In this document: positions 26,475 through 40,466 of the stretch, piece after piece
How the letters are laid out: each line of letters starts with the position of its first letter
Numbering within the stretch: position 1 is the stretch's first letter
Assembly (NCBI GenBank): GCA_951406725.2
Contig: OX597818.1
Span: 21,018,001-21,082,000 of the forward strand
DNA: 64,000 nt
Direction: 5' to 3'
DNA from: Octopus vulgaris
Taxonomy: Eukaryota
Program-made: the position numbers and the translations under genes
Notes under the pieces: generated by a model
What the model was told of the DNA's origin: nothing
What the model saw: only the letters and a program-made list of their open reading frames with translations
The model's database searches: none

Positions 26475-27670
26475 TAAGGTGTTGATATCGTCGGACGGTG
26501 TCCAACGTTCAAGAGGATGTTTCGACCTAAGCAGTAACATATTCACGTTAACAGGACGGCAGTGGCCAAATCTCTTCCCTTCTGGTTTTCATCTTAGCTC
26601 CTTTCTCTTGCTCTGGGAACAGTAAAAAGGTTTTTTCTATTATTTTCCTCGACCTATGAGCAGTTCTCTTTCTCCTCCTTATTCTACTGCAGTGGTTCCA
26701 AAACTTTTAAAGGCTGCCACTCCCTTGGCACCCGGGCCACATTCCACAAACATAAACCACTTTCTACAGCAAATTCAAAACGACAGTATTTCACAAATAA
26801 AACTTTACCTAATTAACCCATTATTTTGTTTTTACACCCATCGCTCCCTTTTGGCCACCCCATTATCACCCCACTTTTCTTCAACGCCGCCACCCCACCC
26901 TGGATCTTTCCACCGCCCAAGTGGTGGTGGGGGGAGAGCAGTACCGCCCCCTTTGGGAACCACTGTACTAGAATCTGTGAGCATTCTACATCATACCGAA
27001 AGCACAGAAAATCCTCTACAGCCAACCTCAACTAGGAACAGCCATGAATACCACCCTTTCTCCTTGCAATCCTGCAAAAGTTTTGGTATTTGGTACTTTT
27101 CTATTTGAAAATGTGATCGTAACCTTCTTCCTACAGAACTGTAAGTCCGATTAAGGTTATCTTCTTCGCCTTCTCCGACTACAAAACTATATCCAGCTTC
27201 AGGGTCGCTGGATTATCTAGAAAACTGAAGCCTTCCTTTCTTTCACCCCACCCCCACACACAGCTGTCGCTACATATCCCATGATGATACCTTCTGTAGT
27301 GAATAGTTTGCTCATACTGTAGTCGGACAGTTTCTTCTTTTCCCTCACAAATTCAATTGAAGATTTGGTTCCGTCCATGTTCGAAGTTTCTTGCGTATCT
27401 CCTGCTCCTCCAGTGAGCTAGTAAGTGCCATGAGCACCTTGTCCTGGTGCCATCTATATCTGTTGTAGCGCCACCTGCACCTGTCATGGCTCCATCTACA
27501 TTCTGAAAAGATGGATACCATGGTGTCCTTTTTCTTTCAAGGCCCACACAACAGGTCTCGCTTCGTTCTCCCTCCGAGCAGATTTGTTGGAGTCGCAAGA
27601 GTTATACACTGCTTACAGAAAGCAAAAGATGCAGAAATGTTCCAGTTTCTTGGACAAAATCCTTTCACTT
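26475..27670 (-). mobile_element. HERO-like RLE non-LTR retrotransposon, degraded 3' part
   Basis: Translations RYRWHQDKVLMALTSSLEE and ATLKLDIVL*SEKAKKITLIGLTVL*EE..KSTKYQ..CKEKGWYSWLFLVEVGCRGF match HERO motifs RYRWRHDQVL, RPDIVLWS..ELTVPWEE, PVEVGCRGF. Confidence 0.85.
26690..26965. mobile_element. hAT MITE inserted in the HERO element
   Basis: TIR cagtggttccaaaa / tttgggaaccactg; TSD poorly preserved. Confidence 0.75.
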
Positions 27671-27759
27671 TTATAAAAAGATATTAAAAAGTATGGAAGA
27701 CCCTACATACAAAACAACTATGTCCATTTATGTTTAATTACGTGGGGGCTCTGGGTAAA

Positions 27760-28045
27760 GTGCTATAATGCATGACTATCGTTGGGACATAAGTAATGTG
27801 TGTGTAAAGTTTGGTGAAAATCAGTTGAGAAATGTGGAAATGTATGCGTTAGTCATTATACACACATACTGTGATTTATATAGGTGGACAGTAGAAATAA
27901 ATAAATATTTATTTCTACTGTTATAGTGCACGACAGTCCTTGGGACATAAGTAATGTGTGCGTAAAGTTTGGTGAAAATCGGTTGAGAATTGTGGAAATG
28001 TATGCGCTAGTCATTATACACACACATGCTGCGATTTATACATAC
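27760..28045. repeat. Direct duplication of ~125 bp resembling Helitron 5' termini
   Basis: ttgggacataagtaatgtgtg..aaagtttggtgaaaatc..cattatacacaca occurs twice about 159 bp apart. Confidence 0.7.
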
Positions 28046-28216
28046 TATATATATATATGCATACACATACATACACACATATACATATAAATATGTGTAT
28101 GTATATACATATGTATATATGTATAATTATTACATATAACATATAATTATGTTATATTTTTATATGTATATACATGTATATATATATGTACATATATATA
28201 TATATACATATATATG

Positions 28217-28301
<85 letters not shown>

Positions 28302-29167
28302 GCATATATATATACACGCACACGTATACATACATACATATATACATACATAGGTATGCATGCACTCATACATACATGCACATGTATACACACACATATG
28401 CATGTAATCACGCAGACAAACACACAGAACGTTATCGCATCAGTGATTAATCTGGCCATCTAGCGTGACTTACGGATGTTACCCTGTACGTCAGAATATA
28501 AATACTATAATTGTTACGACCGTAATTATCATCATTGCAATAGTAAATATCAGACTTCTCATTACATGCAGCTAACCAACCAGCCACCAGCCACCAGCAC
28601 CACTGACATCGCCGCCACCGTCGCCATTTTCATCTTCATCGCCAGCAGCAGCCGTAATTTCCCCCTCTTCATCATCACCTTCAACTATCATCATTATCAA
28701 GAGTTTAATGTTCCAGTGTAATAACATCAGCATCTTTTATGATAAGACTTGAAGTCCGTTTAACGTACACCGTTAGTAAAATAAGGATATCATTGTTACA
28801 CGCGGTTATGTTACCGTTATTATCCTCGTTGCCGTCGTTATGATTATTATCATCGACATCTCGCTCTCCGAAGAGTTAAGATAAATGGCGTGTATGGACG
28901 TGTGTGTGTGTATGTGTGCGCGCGCGCGTGTGTTATATCGGATGTCTGAATTTAACTTCGCTATCTGTTCGATTCGACTGCACATGATGATTGATACATA
29001 TATGCATACATACATAGATGCATACATACGAACATACATACATGCATACACATACTTAATAGATACATACATTCACGTACACATACAAGTATGCACATAT
29101 ATGCATATGCATGAATGCATACATGCATTCATACACACATGTATATACACACATATATGTACATACA

Positions 29168-29239
<72 letters not shown>

Positions 29240-30118
29240 CAGGGTGCGATGAATAAACAGTCATATAAATTACGCAAAAATGAAAATAGCACATCTCATT
29301 TCAACAGATATATTTACCAAAATTGCATAAAAATATCTTGAAATACTAAAGAGTAACTTTATTCAAAAAAATCGCCATTGGCTTCAACCACGGTCTCCAG
29401 AGGACTTCGGAATCTCCTACAACTCTTCTAGACGGTCTCCTTATTTAAGCTGGTGAATGCTGTAATAACCCTTGACTTCAGTTCATCTTTGGTATTACAA
29501 GGAGTTTTGTTAGTCTCTCACTCAACTGCGCCCCACTCATAATCAAGGGGGTTGCAGTCTGCGGAATGAGGTGACCAGGTGTTAGGGGTGATGTGATCGC
29601 AGAAATTGTCTGACAGCTTTGACGGGGTTCTCCGGTTTGTGTGGCATGATGCAGAGACCTGTAGCCAGACACAAGATCTTCCAGTAACCACCCTCTTGAC
29701 CCAGGGCAACACTACCTTCTTCAGACACTTGATGCAGGCCTCCGTGTTCAGTGTGAGGCCGTGTGGGAAGATGAATGGAGGCATAACGTCGCCATCACTA
29801 GTGATCACTCCAAACACCATGATGTTGACTGGATGTTTGATTTCTATTACTCTCGGTACATGTGCTCAGACTGCACTGTCTTAGGATTGACGCCCAAGCA
29901 CTAAAATGTTCGTATGGAGCTTCCGGCGCGAATGCCAAGCAGTACAGCATGCCGTTTTCAATTTTTTGGCAGAGTGAATTGCGTCATGGTGCTGTTTTTC
30001 TCACAGACGGTGCTCAGTTGAACCTACTATACTGAGTAGTCGACAAAATCAAAACGAAACAATGCGCATGAGCGAAATTAAAATTATAAAATGGCGACAA
30101 TTTACCCATCGCACACTG
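29240..30118 (-). mobile_element. Tc1/mariner DD37D (maT-type) element, internally deleted
   Basis: ORF 29518-29820 MVFGVITSDG..WLQVSASCH..SADCNPLDY with 37 residues between the mutated second Asp position and the third Asp; imperfect TIRs cagggtgcgatg / catcgcacactg. Confidence 0.85.
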
Positions 30119-30828
30119 TGTGTGTGTGTGTGTATATATATGTATATATATATATATATATATATACACGCACATATACATATACACACATACATGCATA
30201 CATATATATATATATATTATATATAAAAGTACCACGAACACTGGAGTCAATCTTAATCGACTTACCCACTCCTCCGAAGTTGCTGGCCTTGTGCCAAAAT
30301 TTGAAACCTATGTTAATCTCTGCACGTAAAAAGACAAATGATTGCCAATTCCTTAAACAAATACTAATTTTTTTTTCCTGGAACTCAACGTATATAAATC
30401 AGTATACTCTTATTATTTTGATGATACAGATGCACGATATTTGCAACTCTTTTAACTTTCATATATATATATAAGTAAACGTAAACATCTTGATCCAGTG
30501 TGCTGAATTCTGCTCTATAACGTAAATATTGCATTTTGTGTTTTTGGTCAGTATTATTACAGGGTCAGAAATGTGTGTGCGCGTTATAATGTGTATGTAT
30601 GTGCATGTGTGTGTATGTGCGTGCGTGCACGTGTGTTTGTATGCGTATGTATATTTGCTTCTAACGATTGGGGTAATTTTTACTTCAGCTGACTGTAGAA
30701 ACTAGTAGTAATTAACAGGATATCCGGCGTTGCTCAGACGTCACAGTTGGCGTTTAATTTCTTGAAAAACTATCAGAGTAATGCCGCATAAATGCAACAT
30801 TTGAAGCATAATGTTTATATTCTTTGTA

Positions 30829-30868
<40 letters not shown>

Positions 30869-30881
30869 GTGTCTGTGTGTA

Positions 30882-30962
<81 letters not shown>

Positions 30963-31374
30963 ATGTATGCCAGTGAGACGTAGAAGAGCATTATAAAAAA
31001 AATCAGCAGAAGGTTTGCTGTGTTCCAACAAAGATGATTGAGGAAGATTCTATGAACATACTGGTAAGAACACATAACCGATGAAGACATTTTGAAGAGG
31101 GCCAACAACACAAGACCACAAGCGAAATTGTAGCAGGTCTCAAACTCCGGTTGGCAGAATAATGCCATTCTGAAACAGCTTTCAAACGAACACCGCCGGG
31201 GGTTGGAGGGGGAGAAAAATAGAAAGACCGAAAACCCCGCGGCGCAGAACATTCATAAGTGACGTAAAGGAAGTCAATATCACTTAGGTGAATGTAGAAA
31301 AAATCGCACCCAATAGAAACCAATATCACTCACTTGCTACCCAATATGCGAAAGCACAGGTAGAGCTGACACTG

Positions 31375-31419
<45 letters not shown>

Positions 31420-31420
<1 letters not shown>

Positions 31421-31580
31421 AAGCGTGGGTGTGTGGTAAGAAGCTTGTTTCCCAACCACATGGTTCTGGGTTCAGTCCACTTACGTGGCATTTTGGGAAA
31501 GCGTCTTCTACTGAAGCCTCCGGTTCACCAAAATCTTGTGAGTAGATTTGGTTTGCGGAAACTGAAAGAAGCTTACCTGT
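31420..31580 (+). mobile_element. SINE family A, 5' half
   Basis: Colinear with the SINE A head and CORE-like block. Confidence 0.75.
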
Positions 31581-31720
31581 GTATGTGTGTGCGCGCGCGT
31601 GTGTAGGTTGAAGTAGCGTTCTGTTGTAAGAAGCGGGGAGGTCCATATAGATGTATGTGTATGTGTACGCGCGCGTGTATAGCATATATATACATACATA
31701 CATACATACACACACACAAA

Positions 31721-31772
<52 letters not shown>

Positions 31773-31847
31773 CAATGTATATACATGTGGACTGTTGGCA
31801 ATATTTTTCCTCCTTCTTCCTTTTCTTTTGGAGCTTCCTATGTCTCC

Positions 31848-31884
31848 TGTTTCTGAAGAAGAGCTTTGCTCGAAACGTAAAACA
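31848..31884 (+). ncRNA. Minimal type I hammerhead ribozyme motif (PLE-type)
   Basis: tgttt-CTGAAGA-a-gagc(ttt)gctc-GAAAC-GTA-aaaca: 5 bp stem I, intact CUGANGA and GAAA core, palindromic ACGT in place of stem III, GUA cleavage triplet. Confidence 0.75.
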
Positions 31885-31927
31885 ACCATCGTTTCTTTCC
31901 TTCTCTGAGCGTCTTATTGATACTTTG

Positions 31928-32959
31928 GGATTGTTCAGTTTGGCTCACAGATTTTTTAATTAATTTTTTAAAATTAAACAGTTTGAAACTTCGTATTTTG
32001 TACTGGTGTAATTTCTCTCGCACGCAGAACACGGTTTACTTTGAACATTTTTGACAAAATTTCGTATTTTAGAAGTTATTTCGTGGTAAAGTAGTCGTAT
32101 TTGGGTAATATTAACCAATCAACGATGTGTATTCAGTCGAAGAAAGCTGCTGCTGTTTGCAATAGTAATCGAAGAGGAACAACTTCCGGGTCATCTCTAC
32201 TAAATGTCATCACTCTGTTCTCGTGCATTCCTTACTCTTTCCTCTCTACTGGCAGACAGCCACTTCTACACTATCAACTACCAACCAGCGAGCGAATTTG
32301 TCACTGCCACTACTATTACCGTGTTTTCCGGTGTATAAGCCGGTATTTTTTACCTGGAGAATTTAGTGTGCGGCTTATAGAAAGGTGCACCTAATATGTA
32401 TACTTTTTTACAAGTTTTAGGAGGAAAATAATTTGTGTATGGAGATCGACTGATTCCACTGATTTTTTTCAGAGGAAAGGTCGGTTGGTGAACAACGTGA
32501 AAGACTACGGCTACAGTACATTGTGTCTGGAAGAAAACAAATACTGATGTCGGGCAAACGAATAAATATATGTAAATAATATTTCTTCCTTCTTGGTGTT
32601 GATTTTCAATGTTTACTGGTTATTCCGATGCGAGAACCAAGCAAAAACAACGTGTAATATGCAACACAGGCAGTAAACAAAAAATAAAATAGAACAGAGT
32701 GGTGACATTAGTAGAGATGACCCGGAAATTGTTCCTCTTCGATTACTAGCGCAAACAGCAGTAGCTGTCTTCGACTGAATACACGTCATTGATTGGTTAA
32801 AATTACCCAAATACTACATCTTTAACACAAAATAACTTTTAAAATACGAAATTTTGTCAAAAATGTTCAGAGCAAGAAACTACACCAGTATACGAAGTTT
32901 CAAACTGTTTAGTTTTAAAAATTCATTAAAAAAATATGTGAGTCAAACTGAATACATCC
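31928..32959. mobile_element. Merlin-type MITE with ~290 bp TIRs
   Basis: About 31928-32221 is the inverse of about 32691-32959; GG..CC termini; 8 bp TSD atactttg/atactttc. Confidence 0.85.
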
Positions 32960-33031
32960 ATACTTTCCATGTACCACGCCCTCGAGTTGTTTTTTTTTCT
33001 TGTCCCTTTTCTCCGTTTTTTAATTAATTAT

Positions 33032-33165
<134 letters not shown>

Positions 33166-33473
33166 CAGTCATGAGCAGACATTGACGCCCTCCCGGTACA
33201 CCTAGCGGAATATCCATGAGGTGACAGCTGGGGAGAGAGGACTAAAGCAGCACTGTGCTGGTACTCATTTTCAGTGGAATAAACTGGAGCAACATAAAAT
33301 AATGCGCCCTTAACAACTTTAAGAACAACTTATATTTACCATAAAAAAAACCAGAAAGGCATAACTTTCACAGATACATTCAACAGCTGCTTCATTAGGA
33401 ATAAACATCTCTAATTTCATAATTGCGTAATTATGCTACACTATTCATCTAAATTCATTTTAATTATAGTAGA

Positions 33474-34729
33474 CTAGCAGACATATCCGGCGTTGCTCGG
33501 GATTTAAATCGCATAGTTTGTATGTATGGTACAGTTAGTGATACGAGGAAGTGTAGCATTGACGACAAAAGTTTTGTGGAATAAATGAAGGGTTAATTCA
33601 GTTGAGTGACATGTCATACGTCTGTTTGGAAGATCCAGGCCTTAACATTGTCATGGAAAAGTGGTATGGGGGTCTGTGATTATTGAACGCACCAAAAAGC
33701 TCTCAGTAGATATACTCTCCTTTGCGGGTGTCGGCGCTGCCGCTACCATGCTAAACAATCAGCAGACTTAGGAACTACATCTGTGTGATAAATTAAACCT
33801 GTGGGCGCACTCAACAGCACCACATGACAGACATCTGCATGAAAGAAATGGCGTTGTAAGGGGTAGGATTGGCAAGGAAGCGCTTGAAAACAACATTGCC
33901 ATGTAGTATTTCGGTTTGGAATCAATAGTTGTGGCTCAATCATACACTCCTTCGCGTAAACAACGTGCGACCATAGTGAGGACAACTTAAGTCCAAAACG
34001 AAAACAATTCTGCATGCAGCTTCGAGGTAAGCAAGGTTACATTACGGACACGGTCTCTAACAAAAATGGATCACGTGACGTTGGGTTGCTGACGTGATTG
34101 GGAATCAATAGTCGTAGCTCAACCGTGCACTCCTTCGCGTAAACAGCGTGCGACCATTATGAGGACAACTCTGCTCCCAAACGAAAACAATTCTGCATGC
34201 AGCGTCCGAGCACGCAAGGTCACATGAAAGACACAGTCTCTAATTAACGTGGTTGGGTCTTAGACACCATAAATTAGTAGGTTTATGTACATGCAATATT
34301 TCGGTCTGTAATCAATAGCTGAAGAATATTTGTATAGGTTTCGTCTATGTTTAGAAAGAAGACTTTGATACTGAAGCTGAAAGAAAATGGTTGAATAGTT
34401 ACTCAGGGTTTAACATATTTTACCATATTTTTCATAATAAATATAGTGCGCTCCAAACGGTTTTTATTCTCAAAAATTGTTACCTATGTTAATCCAGGAA
34501 CAGATTATTATTGCTACCACTTAGACAACACATTCTGAAGTCTACATCGGTTCATCCATTTAATACAACATACTTATATCATTTCAGTAGCTGTTTTTTC
34601 CAATTTGAACAGAAGCAATGCGTACCCCAGGATAAAGGGTTTTCTGCCCCCACGGGCCCCATTACTCATTATGTGAAAAATTTTAAGAGTCTAAAAGCAT
34701 CTTTGGAACATATGTATGTTCCACATACG

Positions 34730-34790
<61 letters not shown>

Positions 34791-35066
34791 CCTCAGTTCT
34801 ATATATAGAGAGAGAGGTAGAGAAATTAACATAAACACGTCATCAAGTGTAATGTCCATTCAACCAACGTAGCAACTAAGTTTTGCGATCGTTCCTATTG
34901 TTTACCCAGGAAAGGGGGGGGTTTCTGCCCCTAGGAACCCCATTACTCAATATGTGAAAAAAATTAAGAGTCTAAAACCATCTCTGGAACATAAGTGCTA
35001 ATTACGACACTATCTTGAGGCCAAAATGTATATGTATTCTCGCTGTTCAATGCTATGACGAATTAT

Positions 35067-35109
<43 letters not shown>

Positions 35110-35626
35110 CCTCTCGCTTTGATAAGTTCAAATAAAAGTTCATGTGTTCACCTTTCTCTGTGAGCCATGGGTAATCAATACGTCTCGTTTCGTGAAAACC
35201 AAACGCCAAACTCAAGCAGTTATGACATTTTGTTGCATTGGTGATATCAGCATTCATCAAAATCGGTTTACTGCCCCCAAGGGATTCCCCATCTGAATTT
35301 CTGCGCAAGTGCATGCCTGCAACTTTATTTGTAGGCCATAAGCAAACAAAAGATTAATTTTGTGAAGACAGGAGGCAAACTGCAGAAATTCTGGGGCGTT
35401 TATGCAGTAATATTGCTGACTCCAAGAGAGAAGCTTAAGGGGTTATCTGCACCTGTGGGGCCCCACAATCGATGTACGGAAAAGTAAAATAGCCTACGAT
35501 GCATAATAGGACTTCAGAAACCTATGTATAAAATTTGGTGCAAATCGGCTGTAAAATGTAAAAAGGCATAGTTACACAGACAGACAAATAAGCAGACGGA
35601 CATCTTCTATAATATATATATAGAGA
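33474..35626 (-). mobile_element. Composite non-autonomous Helitron
   Basis: 3' end cccgagcaacgccgga hairpin then CTAG at 33474; TC-start 5'-like ends near 34810 and 35626; internal direct repeats at about 33915-34060/34098-34243 and 34620-34712/34903-34993. Confidence 0.7.
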
Positions 35627-36047
35627 TGATTCACAGTTATATATGTGACCTAAACACGGGAAGCCTACCAGTCGGATATCAAACACGTCCTCGGAATATA
35701 TTTTTTGCATTATAATGGACCATAATAATTTGAATGAACGATAGATCTCAATCAGACAGCATTTTCCTGTGTCACTTTCATACCAAACACCCAATACCTT
35801 TTATACCACTTTGCTTGGTGATATTTTCGATGTATGTATTTATGAAATTACGAGGATTAACTATTGTCACTTCCGGCGTAATGTACTTACACTTTTTTTC
35901 AACGACACTAAACCGCATATTAACATGGTGGAAACACGACGTCGGAAAAGAGTTCTCTTAGGAATATGGAGTATTTTACGCGCAAAGAAATACACAATAG
36001 CGGAAACCTTGCCACAGCGAAATGTGTCGATAATATTTTGTGTATTT

Positions 36048-36413
36048 CTCTTTTTCTCTTTTACTTGTTTCAGTCATTTTGACTGCGGCCATGCTGGGGC
36101 ACCGCCTTTAGTACTTATTCTATCGGTCTCTTTTGCCGAACCGCCAAGTAACGGGGACATAAGCACACCAGCATCGGTTGTCAAGCAATGCTAGGGGGAC
36201 AAACACAAACACACACACACACACACACACACATACATATATATATATACATATATACGACAGGCTTCTTTCAGTTTCCGTCTACCAAATCCACTCACAA
36301 GGCATTGGTCGGCCCGGGGATATAGCAGAAGACACTTGCCCAAGGTGCCACGCAGTGGGACTGAACCCGGAACCATGTGGTTGGTTAGCAAGCTACTTAC
36401 CACACAGCCACTC
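36048..36413 (-). mobile_element. SINE family A with small internal deletion
   Basis: Colinear with 13764-14185. Confidence 0.88.
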
Positions 36414-36738
36414 CATAATAATATTTTAACAAAACACAGAACTGTTTCGCTGTAAAGTGTCTAGGAAAACTTTCGTGATGAATTCGTAAACTATTAAAAA
36501 TCTCTCATTGTGAAATATGTGGGAAATCCTTTGACTTTAACATTATTTTGACAAACCTTAAAAAATACACTGAGAAATTTAATCCAAATTTTGCTTCCCT
36601 TGACAAGTGTTAAAATTTACGGATAATTATTGTTTCTGTGTGCTTATATGTATACATACATACATACATACATACATACATACATACATACATACATACA
36701 TACATACATACATACACACATACACACATACATACATA

Positions 36739-37818
36739 CAAGGGTTGGACAAAATAATGGAAATACCTAGCATCATAGCATCATAATTTTGAAATATCTA
36801 TAAAACCGTTAAAAGCTTGTTTAGTTTTATGTTTTTTTATTTATTATTAGTGTTGCACAATATGTTTTGCTAAAATTGCTGTTTCTTTTCAGATATCATC
36901 AGAAAAAGGTAATTAAAATTCATTAAAATGACAGATCTATCGGACTTTCAAAGAGGTCAAATTGTTTGTGCTCGTATGGCAGAAGCTAGTGTAAGGAAAA
37001 CAGCCGAAATATTTGGTGTATCAAGAAGTACTGTCTCGAAAGTAATAGCAGCCTTTGAGAAAGAGGAAAAACATTGTTAGAAAGGATCACAAAAGTGCAG
37101 CTCCGAAAATTACTGCTGAGCTTAATGACAACCTCGAGAACCCAGTTTCCACAAAAACTTCGCCGGGAGGTGCACAAAACCGGATTTCACGGGAGGGCTA
37201 AAATCAGAAAACCACTACTTTCAAAAACAAACGTTGCAAAGAGTTTAGAGTGGAGAATTGGTCCCTAGAGCAGGGGAAGAATGTTATTTTCTCAGACGAG
37301 TCATCCGCTACCTTATTTCCGACCACCGGCCGAGTATACGTGTAGAGACAGCCAAAAGAAGCATTTGACCTAGACTGCCTTCTTCCAACTTATTTTATCT
37401 GATCAAATTCATCCTATGGTTGCGGAACTGTTTCCGGTGGGAAACGTAATCTTTCAGGATGACAATGCAACAATTCACACAGCTAAAATTGTTACTGAAT
37501 GACACGAGGAACATTCTAGTGAAGTTGAACATCTTATCTGGCCACCGCAGTCCCCAGATCTCAATATTACCGGACAATTATGGTGCATTTTAGAAAAACA
37601 AGTAAGGAGTCGAAATCCTCCACCATCATCACTGCAAGAACTGGAGACTGTTTTAGCTGAAGAATGGACAAAAATTCCTTTGGAAACAATTCAAACTTTG
37701 TATGAGTCCATATCTCGTAGAATTCAAGATGTAATTCCTGCCAAAGGTAGTCCTACCCCATATTAAAAGAAATTTGTTTGAAATTTTAAGGCGTTTCCAT
37801 TATTTTTCCCAACCCCTG
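36739..37818 (+). mobile_element. Tc1-family transposon with DD36E spacing, defective
   Basis: TA-flanked ~25 bp TIRs caagggttggacaaaataatggaaa / tttccattatttttcccaacccctg; MTDLSDFQRGQIV..FGVSRSTVSKV, VIFSDES, FQDDNATIH..WPPQSPDLNITG; stops and deletions. Confidence 0.9.
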
Positions 37819-37843
37819 TATGTATGTGTGCGTGTGTGCGTGC

Positions 37844-37885
<42 letters not shown>

Positions 37886-38233
37886 GTGTGAGTGTGTGTA
37901 TCCTTGTGTTTGTGTTTGTCCCCCAACTATCGTTTGACGACCGGTGTTGGTGTGTTTATGCTCCTGTCGCTTAGCGGTTCAGCAAAGGCATCCGATAGAA
38001 TGAGTTCCAGGCTTGAAAAACAAGCACTGAAGTCGATTCATTCGACTATAATAATTATTTAATGCGGTGCTCCAATATATCCACAATCTAATGACTGAAA
38101 CTTATAAACTGTAAACAAAGATAAAAGATATGTAATAATTTAACAATCTTTTAAATGGCCTTCTCTGGGGATAGGGATTTCCACAGACAGACGAAGAGAA
38201 GAAGGGAGGTAGGTAGGTAGGTAGGTAGGTAGG

Positions 38234-38306
<73 letters not shown>

Positions 38307-38325
38307 CGACAGACAGATAGTCAGC

Positions 38326-38390
<65 letters not shown>

Positions 38391-38589
38391 GCTGAAAATA
38401 GGTTGAAAACATGAGAACATTTCCTAGTTGAAGATTGAATGGTCAAATTAAGTGTTCGCTATAATCCTATTAAGTTGGGTGACATGTTTAAAAGTGGATG
38501 ATACGAAAATGAACGTTTCTTTAGAAACTTGAAATATAACGATGCGTAGTTTGCGGTTATTTTTCGAAGAATTATCTTTGCAATTACTT

Positions 38590-38968
38590 CTATCTTTTGT
38601 TTGTTTCAGTATTGAAGAATTTAGTCGAACAATTCAACCTCAGTATTTAGTTTTTAAAACCTGGTTACTTATTCTGTCGGACACTTTAGCCGAACCGTTA
38701 AGTCATGGAGACGTAAACAAACCAACGCCGGTTGTCAAGTGCTGCGTTGGGGGTGACGAACATTACACAAACATGAACACACACAAAGATATACATACAA
38801 ACATACATACAAACATGCATACTTACATAAATACATACACTCGTACATGACGGGCTTCTACATAGTTTCTGTCTACGAAACCCGCTCATAAGGCTTTGAT
38901 CGGCCCTCGATTATAATAAAAGACACTTGCCCCTGGGGTCACGCAGGGGGACTGAAACCACACAGCCA
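38590..38968 (-). mobile_element. SINE family A, old
   Basis: Diverged but colinear; another old 3' half lies at about 37915-38130 (+). Confidence 0.7.
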
Positions 38969-39925
38969 TACGATTCTGTAAAAATAAATTGGGAGCCAGG
39001 ACTTTTGAACTTATGATTATTATGATGATTATTATTATTTGGTGGCGGGGGTTCTTTTTTTAAAATTAAGATATGAATAAAATGTGATTATTAAAATAGT
39101 CATCTATATACATCACTGCTAATGTATACACACTATGCGCTAATTATTACACTATCTTGAGGCCAAAATATACATTGTATTCTCCCTGGTCAACGCTGTG
39201 ACGAATTTTCCTCTCTCTCTCTTTCTCTCCCCCCACCCTTTATGGTGTCTTTAACACAGCGAGTCCGTAAGAGATGTTATCACAGAACAAATATTGCAGT
39301 AATTTGCCTATTCAAAGTGTGTATACATTTAGGTATGATACATAGATGGCTATTTTAATTAAATACTGCGTCGATTGCGTCTACCGGACGTAATAATGTC
39401 TTTTTCCACATAGTGTAATGTTATATAGAATTACCTTACCATTATATATAAGTATTGTCAGTTAATAAGCGACTTATTTGTTTAATTTAACTATTATTTA
39501 CGGTATCTAAATGAAATGTGATATTTTTTCCTGTGACTTTTTTGTTGTACTCCAAATTGTTACTTTTTATTTCCGTTCACCGGAAATATAATAGACTAAG
39601 ACGTCATTCTATGTGATGAATATGGGTCATAGAAAAATTAATATTTATGAATGCAATAGCTGACCTATCAAGGACAACCTACCTTTCGAACTTGAATATG
39701 TAATGAGAATAACATTTACTTTTAATTTATTATATTTCTCCTAATGTGTGCACGGGAAGAATATAAAATGTCTTCACAACTATGGGTGTTTGCCTGGCTG
39801 CGTGGTTAAGGAAGTGACTTTGAATTCGGTTCCATTCTACCTTGTCATGCGCCTTTTAGCGTAACCTGGGATTGACTATAGATCGCGGCGAGTGAGAATA
39901 TTCAGATGGAAATTATACATACATA

Positions 39926-40278
39926 GGCGCAGGAGTGGCTATGTGGTAAGTAGCTTGCTTACCAACCACATGGTTCCAGGTTCAGTCCCACTGCGTAGGA
40001 CCTTGGGCAAGAGTCTTGTAAGTGGATTTGGTAGATGGAAACTGAACGAAGCCCGTCGTATATATGTATATATGTATGTGTGTGTATATGTTTGTCCCCC
40101 CAACATCGCTTGACAACCGATGGTGGTGTGTTTACGTCCCCGTAACTTAGCGGTTCGGCAAAAGAGACCGATAGAATAAGTACTAGGCTTACAAAGAATA
40201 AGTCCTGGGGTCGATTGCTCGACTAAATGTGGTGCTCCAGCATGGCTGCAGTCAAATGACTGAAACAAGTAAAAGAGA
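39926..40278 (+). mobile_element. SINE family A
   Basis: ggcgcaggagtggctatgtggtaagtagc head through gtaaaagag tail. Confidence 0.9.
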
Positions 40279-40466
40279 AACACACGCATAAGCGAGCGCG
40301 CACACGCACACACACACGCACGCACACACACACAAACACACACACACACACACACAGTTCACTAATTCATTTCTCTTGAAAAGTTATTTTTCATCTAAAT
40401 AATGAAACTGTTTTTTAATACCATTATGTAGTACAGATAACTGCTTGATATTAGTAGTTTTTAAAA

